Made by a program: the position numbers and the translations under genes
Shown: in pieces, positions 6,624-13,051 of the stretch
How the letters are laid out: each line of letters opens with the position of its first letter
Position numbering within the stretch: position 1 is the first letter of the stretch
Assembly: GCA_027340875.1 (NCBI GenBank)
Contig: DAIENX010000013.1
Coordinates: 1 to 13,051 of the forward strand
DNA length: 13,051 nucleotides
Origin: Elusimicrobiota bacterium
Lineage (GTDB): Bacteria > Elusimicrobiota > Elusimicrobia > Elusimicrobiales > UBA9959
Reading direction: 5' to 3'
The notes under the pieces: model-generated
Database searches by the model: none
Told to the model about the DNA's origin: nothing
The model's input: the letters and a program-made list of their open reading frames with translations, nothing else

Positions 6624-6701
6624 CCCCCGGCCAGGAGGCCGGGGGAGCGGTAATTAAAGAAGATGGAAAGCAGCAGACCACCCCGACACGCCCTTGTCGG
6701 G
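6624..6701. terminator. Two hairpins downstream of the MBL gene; probable transcript end
   Basis: CCCCCGGCC-AGGA-GGCCGGGGG (6624-6645) and CCCGACA-N6-TGTCGGG (6682-6701). The second is followed on the minus strand by a pyrimidine-rich run. Confidence 0.45.
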
Positions 6702-6749
6702 CAGGTGTGCTATGCTATCGGCATGGGGGAGAAGGAAAGAGGATGGCTC

Positions 6750-7748
6750 TCAATTCCCTTCGGGGGTAAGCGGCACGTTCAAAGACGAGCCGTCCATGGA
6801 GAACTCCATCGTGTCGTTGAGATCGGTGCGGAACACCCTGGCGCCTATGTCCTGCAGGCGGCCGAGAGCCTCCTGGGTGGGGTGGCCGTAGTTGTTGTCT
6901 GCGCCAACCTCAATGTAGGCGCGGGAGGGCTTCACGGCATCGAGGAAAGGCATGGTGGAGGAATACTTGCTGCCGTGGTGGCCGACCTTCAGCACGTCGG
7001 CCCTGAGCTCGGCGCCGTACTTGGCCGTTATGCCGGCCTCGGCGCTGCCCTGCACGTCTCCGGTAAAAAGGATGGAGGAGCCTTTGTAGCTCAGTTTGAA
7101 CATGATGGAGCAGTTGTTGAGCACTTCGCCCTTGTTGGTGGCCAGGGGCTGCTGGCAGGCGTTGAAGACCTTTATGTCCACCCCGGGCTCGCTCCAGTCC
7201 ATCTTCTGCCCGGCCTCGGGGTAGAAGAAGGCTACGCCCTTGTCATGCGCTGTCTGGCGGAGCTTCTCGTCGGCCTTGGTGCCGGTGTTGTCCACGCGGG
7301 TATCGTAGAAGTTCCTGACGGGGAGGTTGGAGAAGACGTACTGCAGGCCGTTATAATGGTCGCTGTGCGGATGCGTAAGCACCACGTCGTCTATCGCGGT
7401 GACGTGCTTGGCCGCCAGGAAGTGGGCCAGCGAGCTGGTGGGGTAATTGGAAGGGCCTCCGTCTATAAGGGCGTTGTGCCCGCCGGGGAGCTCTATATAT
7501 ATGGAATCACCCTGGCCCACGTTTATGAAGTAGACGTTGAGGCCGGGAGCCGCGGTGTAGAGGGTGGCGTTGGAGGGGACCGGGGCGAGGGGGACCTGGG
7601 TTTCCGGGGCGCCGAGCCTGAGCTGGTCTATGGCCCGCTCCGCATGCGCCTGGGCGGCAAAATGGAATACGGCTAGGAAGGAGAAAACGGCTGCGAACAC
7701 GGCTTTAAGGACTGCGGGTGCTGGAGAGTTCTTTCTCACGGGGTGCAT
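6750..7748 (-). CDS. Exported ComEC/Rec2-type metallo-beta-lactamase-fold hydrolase (stand-alone domain)
   Basis: SD GGAGGT before ATG 7748 and a signal peptide ending AHA. Motifs FINVGQGDS, LIDGG, LTHPHSDHYNG (HxHxDH), NNCSI, FTGD, LKVGHHGS, NNYGHP and RTD. No multi-TM Competence domain. Confidence 0.9.
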   Translation of the reverse strand: MHPVRKNSPAPAVLKAVFAAVFSFLAVFHFAAQAHAERAIDQLRLGAPETQVPLAPVPSNATLYTAAPGLNVYFINVGQGDSIYIELPGGHNALIDGGPSNYPTSSLAHFLAAKHVTAIDDVVLTHPHSDHYNGLQYVFSNLPVRNFYDTRVDNTGTKADEKLRQTAHDKGVAFFYPEAGQKMDWSEPGVDIKVFNACQQPLATNKGEVLNNCSIMFKLSYKGSSILFTGDVQGSAEAGITAKYGAELRADVLKVGHHGSKYSSTMPFLDAVKPSRAYIEVGADNNYGHPTQEALGRLQDIGARVFRTDLNDTMEFSMDGSSLNVPLTPEGN

Positions 7749-7924
7749 ATCCACCTCCCACTTGCCTGCTGCCTGGTGGCGCATTAAAAGCGAACGCGCC
7801 GCGCTTTCGGCTCAGGCCGCCTTGAGCATGGCTCATCGCGGCGCGAGCAAGGCCTAGTGGTGAATCCGGCTTACGGTCCGGAGGTGGATGCTCCCCGGCC
7901 TATCCCGGGGATTACACAGAAGCC
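7749..7924 (-). ncRNA. Candidate structured cis-regulatory 5' leader (no known family recognised)
   Basis: Nested inverted repeats: 7749-7758/7880-7889 (10 bp, SD/anti-SD), 7758-7762/7856-7860, 7764-7770/7846-7853 (one bulge) and 7795-7803/7837-7845 (9 bp). Additional hairpins at 7865-7882 and 7892-7911. Confidence 0.55.
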
Positions 7925-7930
7925 GTATAT

Positions 7931-7959
7931 ACTTTATAGGCCATATTGACTACGCTCAA
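7931..7959 (-). promoter_or_regulatory. Candidate sigma70 promoter for the MBL gene
   Basis: Minus strand TTGAGC-N17-TAAAGT in an AT-rich patch immediately upstream of the structured leader. Confidence 0.45.
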
Positions 7960-7999
7960 GGGCCAAAGGGCCTATATGAGTCTGGGCCCTAAGTCCTAT
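7960..7999. promoter_or_regulatory. Pair of quasi-palindromic 16-bp direct repeats; candidate transcription-factor sites
   Basis: GGGCCAAAGGGCCTAT (7960-7975) and GGGCCCTAAGTCCTAT (7984-7999), 24-bp period. Confidence 0.45.
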
Positions 8000-8082
8000 C
8001 CAGCGCTTATTCGCCGACGGGCGGTGTGTTGGGGTACGCAGAAAACGGTCCGGAACGGACCAATATGAGGAAATGGTAAAAT

Positions 8083-9675
8083 ATGGGTAAGATCATGTCC
8101 GAGAACGGGGAAATAGAATTTAATGAGCAGTTCTCCAGAGCCCTGCACCTGGCGCAGAGCGGCGGCCGCAATATCTTCATAACCGGCAAGGCCGGCACCG
8201 GCAAAAGTACCCTGCTGCGCTATTTCCGCGCCCATACCGCCAAGAAGATAGTGGTCCTGGCCCCTACCGGCGTTGCGGCCCTGAACGTGGCGGGGGAGAC
8301 TATACACTCTTTTTTCCGCTTCAAGCCGGGCACTACTCCGGACAAGGTGAAGCGCGCGCGCAAAAAGGACGCGGAACTGTACAAGGCGCTGGAGGCCATA
8401 GTCATAGACGAGGCCTCGATGCTGCGGGCCGACCTGCTGGACTGTGTGGACGCCTTCATGCGCATCAACGGCCCTGCGCCCGGCACCCCCTTCGGAGGGG
8501 CCCAATTGATACTTTTCGGGGACCTTTACCAGCTGCCGCCGGTGGTGACTTCCGCGGAGCGGGAGCTGTTCTCCTCCCACTACGCTGGACCCTATTTCTT
8601 CAACGCCAGGGTCTTCAAGGAAACCGCCATCGAGTACATAGAGCTGGAGAAGATCTACCGCCAGAAGGACCAGGGCTTCATAGACATCCTCAACGCCATA
8701 CGCAACAACCGCGTGAGTGCCGCGCAGCTGGCGCAGCTCAACCGGCGCGTCGGCGCGGACGTGGAATCCGGCAAGCGCGGCATCACGGTGCGGCTGATGA
8801 CCACCAACGCGGACGCCGCGGAGATGAACAACGAGCGCCTGCGGGCCATAGACGGCCGGGCCCACGTCTACCGCGCGGAGATAGACGGCGAATTCTCCCG
8901 CGATTCCTTCCCGGCCGAAGAGGAGCTGCACCTGAAGGCCGGCGCGCAGGTGATGATGCTCAATAACGACCCCGACGGCCGCTGGGTGAACGGCACGATG
9001 GCCGTGGTGCACGACATCATGAAGGGCCCTCCCGGAGAGGAGGACGTGGTGCACGTGCGTCTGGCGGACGGCTCGCTGGAGCCGGTGGCGCCGAACGCCT
9101 GGGAGCTCTTCCATTACAGCTTCGACAAGGAAGCGAAGAAGATAATCGCCGAGACCGCGGGCACGTTCAGGCAGTACCCGCTCAGGCTGGCCTGGGGCAT
9201 CACGATACACAAGAGCCAGGGCAAGACCTTCGACCGGGCCACGATAGACCTGGGGAAGCGGGCCTTCGCCGCCGGCCAGACCTACGTGGCGCTCTCGCGC
9301 TGCACCGGGCTGGAGGGGCTTTCGCTGGCCCGCCCGGTCCGCGCTTCCGACGTGATGACCGACTGGCGCATAGTCCGCTACGTGACCGGGCGCCAGTACG
9401 GCGCCAGCGAGGAGCTGCTGCCCCTGGCCGGCAAGGTGAAGCTGATAGAAGAGGCCATAAAGGCCGGAAGCCTGCTGGAGATGACCTACCTGAAGGCCTC
9501 GGACGAGAAGAGCCGGCGCGTCGTGCGGCCGCGCTCCGTGGGGGAATGCCGCTACAAGGACTTCACTTTCACCGGCCTGCAGGCCGACTGCCTTAAGCGC
9601 GGCGAGCGCCGTACCTTCAGGGTGGACAGGATCCTGGAGCTGAAGGCGGTGGAGGGACCTGCCGGTAAATCGTAG
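8083..9675 (+). CDS. Pif1/RecD-like SF1B 5'-3' DNA helicase with C-terminal WYL domain
   Basis: Walker A TGKAGTGKS, LAPTGVAA, GETIHSFF, Walker B IVIDEASM, FGG..LILFGDLYQLPPV, L..IYRQKD, QYPLRLAWGITIHKSQGKTF and GQTYVALSR. The WYL-type tail reads MTY...RRVVRP...C..RGERRTFRVDRI. The start may be ATG 8095. Confidence 0.93.
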   Translation: MGKIMSENGEIEFNEQFSRALHLAQSGGRNIFITGKAGTGKSTLLRYFRAHTAKKIVVLAPTGVAALNVAGETIHSFFRFKPGTTPDKVKRARKKDAELYKALEAIVIDEASMLRADLLDCVDAFMRINGPAPGTPFGGAQLILFGDLYQLPPVVTSAERELFSSHYAGPYFFNARVFKETAIEYIELEKIYRQKDQGFIDILNAIRNNRVSAAQLAQLNRRVGADVESGKRGITVRLMTTNADAAEMNNERLRAIDGRAHVYRAEIDGEFSRDSFPAEEELHLKAGAQVMMLNNDPDGRWVNGTMAVVHDIMKGPPGEEDVVHVRLADGSLEPVAPNAWELFHYSFDKEAKKIIAETAGTFRQYPLRLAWGITIHKSQGKTFDRATIDLGKRAFAAGQTYVALSRCTGLEGLSLARPVRASDVMTDWRIVRYVTGRQYGASEELLPLAGKVKLIEEAIKAGSLLEMTYLKASDEKSRRVVRPRSVGECRYKDFTFTGLQADCLKRGERRTFRVDRILELKAVEGPAGKS

Positions 9676-9926
9676 CTGGCTTCCTGGTTTGAAATCCCAC
9701 AACTTGACCGGACGACCTCCGCGTGGAAGAAGGCCGTGTTGCCCGTATGGGGGCCGTCCCGGTTTCCGCCAGCCTCTTTGGCGGTATGGCCGCTGTTATT
9801 TTGCTCCGGCTTGAAGGCTTTTGCCGGTTCGCCGGACATGCTGGCGTCGGGTTTATTTGAGAATTAGGTGTTTTCCCGTGTTCGGGCGCAGAGTGCCTTG
9901 TATTTTTAAATATAACTAGATGTATC

Positions 9927-9955
9927 TTGCCGTTCCTGAATAATTAGACTATACT
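9927..9955 (+). promoter_or_regulatory. sigma70-type promoter for the protease gene
   Basis: TTGCCG-N17-TATACT with an AT-rich upstream (UP-like) tract at 9899-9920. Confidence 0.65.
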
Positions 9956-9972
9956 ATAAGGCTACAACTCGG

Positions 9973-9986
9973 TTGACTTTGGTCAA
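9973..9986. promoter_or_regulatory. Palindromic operator-like site TTGAC-N4-GTCAA
   Basis: Perfect 5-bp inverted repeat with CRP/FNR-family geometry, just downstream of the predicted transcription start. Confidence 0.5.
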
Positions 9987-10016
9987 ACGGCTCATTATCA
10001 CGGGAACAAAGTGAAC

Positions 10017-13000
10017 ATGCGGGGGCACGGGGTTTATCGCGTCTTTATCCGGCGGATGTCATGTCTGGCCGCGATCATCGTTTTCGCCGCGGCGGTCCCT
10101 CCGGCCTCGGCTCAGACCACGAATACGGCCGCGGCCATCGCCCCCATAAACCCGGAGTTCAGTCCCGCCAGGAGGCCAGGGCGCATGGCGGAGGTCACCT
10201 TGAGCGGGCACGCGCTTGGTTCCATTCCGGGGCCGTTCGATTCCTCGTACATGAAGGGCATGCACCCTTCGGACGTGATCATCAGCAGCGGCGGCATGCA
10301 GACAAGGGTGCCGTTCCACGCCATTACCGGGTATGCCGTTTCGTACGATCTGAGAACCCTTGGTAAGCTTACGCCAGTAAAGGATCAGAGCACTTGCGGA
10401 GCCTGCTGGACCTTCGCCGCTATGGCCACGCTCGAGTCCAGGCTGCTTACCGGGGAGACCTGGGATTTCTCTGAGAACAACCTCAAGAACGCGAACGGTT
10501 TTGACTGGACGCCGTGTGCCGGAGGCAACCGATACCTCGCCACGGCCTACTTTTCGCGCTGGAGCGGTCCCTGGACGGAAGCCGCAGACCCGTACAGCGT
10601 GACCGAAAATAAGCAGCTGGCGACCTATCCTTCCGTCAACGCGCAGAAACATGTCCAGGACGTGATATTCCTGCCTGACCGCGCCAGCTCTATCGATAAT
10701 GACAACATAAAGTGGGCGCTTACCAATTACGGCGCGGTCCACACCGACATGCGCTGGGAGGACCCCTCCTACAATGCCACTTATAAGTCGTATATCTACA
10801 CCGGCGCCGGGGTCGTAAACCACGGGGTCACGATAGTGGGTTGGGACGACAACTTCGACAAGAACAAGTTCGCCAGTGTGCCGGCCGGCAACGGCGCATT
10901 CATAATCCGGAATTCCTGGGGCGGCGTCTGGGGGGAGGGCGGGTACTTTTATATCTCCTATTACGACACCAAATTAACGAATAACACGGTATACGCCACT
11001 CCTGACTCCAACACCAACTACTACAGGATATATCAGTACGATCCATTCGGGCAGGTCTCCGCGACCGGTTACGGCTCCACCGTGGCCTGGTTCGCGAACG
11101 TCTTCACGGCGCAGGACGCCAATACGCAAGTGGACGCCGTAAGCTTTTACGCGCTGAGCGTAGGCGCCAGCTATGAGATATACGTCTATCGCGATATGCC
11201 AACGGCCGGCAATCCGCGCTCCGGCACGCTGGTGGACAGCCAGATCGGCTCGGTGAGCTATTCCGGGTATTACACCATACCGCTCACCACCAAGGTGCCC
11301 CTGACTAACGGCCAGGTGTTCACGGTCGTGGTCAAGATGACCACCCCGGGCTACAATTATCCTATCCCTATCGAATATCCGCTAGCGAATTTTTCCAGCG
11401 CGGCTACGGCCGCGGCCGGCCAGAGCTATGTCGGTCCGGACGGTGTCTCCTGGGGCGACGCCACCACGTCCGTCGGTGCCAACACCAACGTCTGCGTAAA
11501 GGCCTTCACCTCGGTGATGAACGACTCCACGCCGCCATCCAACATCGCCACGGTCAACGACGGCAGCGCCGCCGATATCACCTATACCACCAACAGCGGC
11601 CAGCTGCAGGCCAACTGGACCGCGTCGGCGGACGCGGAGAGCGGTATCCGCCGCTACTGGTACGCCATCGGGACGACCGCCGGCGGCACCGATGTGGTGG
11701 GCTGGACGGACAACAGCACTGTCACTTCCGTTACGAAGACCGGGCTTACGTTGACCAACGGTCAGGCTTATTATTTCACGGTCAAGGCGGAGAACTGGGT
11801 GGGTCTGCAGTCGGCGGCGACGAATTCCAACGGCCAGACGGTGGACACGACGGCGCCCGGAACGCCTGGGGCGGTGAACGACGGCTCAGGAGCGGATATA
11901 GCATATACCACGTCGGGCAGTCAGTTGCAGGCCAACTGGGGTGCGGCTTCGGACGCGCAGAGCGGCATCGCGCGGTACTGGTACGCCATCGGGACGACCG
12001 CCGGCGGCACCGACGTGGTGGGCTGGACCGACAACGGGGCCGCCCTGTCCGTTACGAAGACCGGGCTTACGCTGACCAACGGTCAGGCTTATTATTTCAC
12101 GGTCAAGGCGGAGAACAACGCGGGTTTGCAGTCTGCGGCGGCCAATTCCAACGGCCAGACGGCGGACACCACGGCGCCGTCCGTTCCGGGCGCGGTGAGC
12201 GACGGCGCCGGCGCCGATATCGCGTACACGGCCTCCGCCACCCAGCTGCAGGCTAACTGGACGGCTGCCGCGGACGCGCAGAGCGGCATCGCGAAGTACT
12301 GGTATGCTATAGGAACCACCGTGGGCGGCACCGACGTGGTGGGCTGGACCGACAACGGGGCCGCCCTGTCCGTTACGAAGACCGGGCTTACGCTGACCAA
12401 CGGTCAGGCATATTATTTCACGGTCAAGGCTGAGAACGGTTCCGGGCTGCAGTCCGGCGCCGTCAATTCGAACGGCCAGACGGTGGACACTACCGCGCCG
12501 GGCAACGTCTCCGTTGTCAACGACGGCACCGGCGCGGATATCGGCTATACCACGTCGGGCAGCCAGCTGGCGGCTAACTGGACCACCTCCTCTGACGCGC
12601 AGAGCGGCATCGCGAAGTACTGGTACGCCATCGGGACGACCGCCGGCGGCACCGATGTGGTGGGCTGGACCGACAACGGCGCGGTCCTTTCCGTTACGAA
12701 GACCGGGCTTACGCTGACGGACGGGCAGGTGTATTACTTCAGTGTCAAGGCGGAGAACGGGGCCGGGCTACAGTCCGGCGCCATCAACTCCAATGGTCAG
12801 ATGGCGGATGCGTCGGCGCCGTCCGTTCCGGGCGCGGTGAGCGACGGCGCCGGCGCCGATATCGCGTACACGGCCTCCGCCACCCAACTGCAGGCTAACT
12901 GGACGGCTGCCGCGGACGCGCAGAGCGGCATCGCGAAGTACTGGTACGCCATCGGGACGACCGCCGGCGGCACCGATGTGGTGGGCTGGACCGACAACGG

Positions 13001-13051
13001 CGCGGTCCTTTCCGTTACGAAGACCGGGCTTACGCTGACCAACGGTCAGGC
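10017..13051 (+). CDS. Large secreted papain-like (peptidase C1A) cysteine protease with lectin-like domain and tandem FN3-like repeats; 3'-truncated by the window edge
   Basis: Frame 3 is open from GTG 10011/ATG 10017 to the end (>1000 codons, hand-translated). Signal peptide ending ASA|Q; SYDLR..TPVKDQSTCGACWTF (Cys 10404), NHGVTIVGWDD (His 10821) and IRNSWG..WGEGGYFYISY (Asn 10911). Then YQYD...FANVF...GYYTI...NVCVKAFT (lectin-like domain typical of prokaryotic C1A proteins), followed by repeats. Confidence 0.93.
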   Translation, partial: MRGHGVYRVFIRRMSCLAAIIVFAAAVPPASAQTTNTAAAIAPINPEFSPARRPGRMAEVTLSGHALGSIPGPFDSSYMKGMHPSDVIISSGGMQTRVPFHAITGYAVSYDLRTLGKLTPVKDQSTCGACWTFAAMATLESRLLTGETWDFSENNLKNANGFDWTPCAGGNRYLATAYFSRWSGPWTEAADPYSVTENKQLATYPSVNAQKHVQDVIFLPDRASSIDNDNIKWALTNYGAVHTDMRWEDPSYNATYKSYIYTGAGVVNHGVTIVGWDDNFDKNKFASVPAGNGAFIIRNSWGGVWGEGGYFYISYYDTKLTNNTVYATPDSNTNYYRIYQYDPFGQVSATGYGSTVAWFANVFTAQDANTQVDAVSFYALSVGASYEIYVYRDMPTAGNPRSGTLVDSQIGSVSYSGYYTIPLTTKVPLTNGQVFTVVVKMTTPGYNYPIPIEYPLANFSSAATAAAGQSYVGPDGVSWGDATTSVGANTNVCVKAFTSVMNDSTPPSNIATVNDGSAADITYTTNSGQLQANWTASADAESGIRRYWYAIGTTAGGTDVVGWTDNSTVTSVTKTGLTLTNGQAYYFTVKAENWVGLQSAATNSNGQTVDTTAPGTPGAVNDGSGADIAYTTSGSQLQANWGAASDAQSGIARYWYAIGTTAGGTDVVGWTDNGAALSVTKTGLTLTNGQAYYFTVKAENNAGLQSAAANSNGQTADTTAPSVPGAVSDGAGADIAYTASATQLQANWTAAADAQSGIAKYWYAIGTTVGGTDVVGWTDNGAALSVTKTGLTLTNGQAYYFTVKAENGSGLQSGAVNSNGQTVDTTAPGNVSVVNDGTGADIGYTTSGSQLAANWTTSSDAQSGIAKYWYAIGTTAGGTDVVGWTDNGAVLSVTKTGLTLTDGQVYYFSVKAENGAGLQSGAINSNGQMADASAPSVPGAVSDGAGADIAYTASATQLQANWTAAADAQSGIAKYWYAIGTTAGGTDVVGWTDNGAVLSVTKTGLTLTNGQ
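11523..13051 (+). repeat. Intragenic tandem repeat, 321 bp / 107 aa, about 4.8 copies visible (FN3/Ig-like)
   Basis: Units start at 11523, 11844, 12165, 12486 and 12807. Consensus DTTAP...V(N/S)DG.GADI.YT...QLQANW....DAQSGI.(K/R)YWYAIGTTAGGTDVVGWTDN...SVTKTGLTLTNGQ.YYF.VKAEN..GLQS...NSNGQ. Confidence 0.95.

Noticed and set aside
6663..7676. 337-aa plus-strand ORF
   Set aside because: In-register antisense shadow of the MBL gene.
7804..7840. Hammerhead-like GAUGAG...CGAAA words in the leader
   Set aside because: The CUGANGA core is not intact (GCGAUGA) and the stems needed for a hammerhead are not evident.
7888..7992. 34-aa plus-strand ORF after GGAGGT
   Set aside because: The SD-to-ATG spacing is only 2 nt. 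The GGAGGTGGAT is better explained as the anti-SD of the minus-strand leader.
7996..9702. 568-aa minus-strand ORF
   Set aside because: Antisense shadow of the helicase, which has all SF1B motifs on the plus strand.
9676..9860. Short hairpins (e.g. CCGCCA/TGGCGG at 9766-9784, CCGG-TTCG-CCGG) and minus ORF 9552..9839 as a possible sRNA or gene
   Set aside because: The stems are short for GC-rich DNA with no clear U-tract or family signature. The ORF overlaps the WYL domain and lacks features.
10059..13042. Track ORFs 10059..10823, 10061..10366, 10112..10324, 12092..12400, 12514..12717 and 12797..13042
   Set aside because: All are alternative-frame or antisense readings within the long frame-3 protease gene.
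11523..13051. Repeat array as a CRISPR array or a diversity-generating retroelement TR/VR pair
   Set aside because: The units are in-frame 321-bp coding repeats with no unique spacers. Differences are not adenine-specific, and no cas or reverse transcriptase gene is in the window.

Overview
GC-rich bacterial chromosomal window. Elusimicrobiota is a plausible source, but that is only an impression from codon usage and gene content. From left to right it holds: (1) the 3' part of an agmatine/peptidyl-arginine deiminase gene. Its stop follows a G9 tract and overlaps an out-of-frame Pro-linker + Cys-rich ORF, followed by an AT-rich DUF6968-like small gene and a terminator; together these look like a toxin/immunity-style cassette. 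(2) An OmpR-family regulator and sensor kinase pair. (3) A convergent minus-strand cluster: a single-domain receiver, two very acidic exported proteins, an exported GxG(Y/W)G-repeat protein and a Slam/DUF560-like outer-membrane beta-barrel. (4) A stand-alone exported ComEC/Rec2-type metallo-beta-lactamase-fold gene with a ~175-nt highly structured 5' leader containing a perfect anti-Shine-Dalgarno. (5) A Pif1/RecD-like SF1B helicase with a C-terminal WYL domain. (6) A >1000-aa secreted papain-like (C1A) protease with a lectin-like domain and 321-bp tandem FN3-like repeats, which runs off the window and is missing from the ORF track. No rRNA, tRNA, CRISPR array or transposase was seen. All family calls come from motif recognition by eye; no searches were run.
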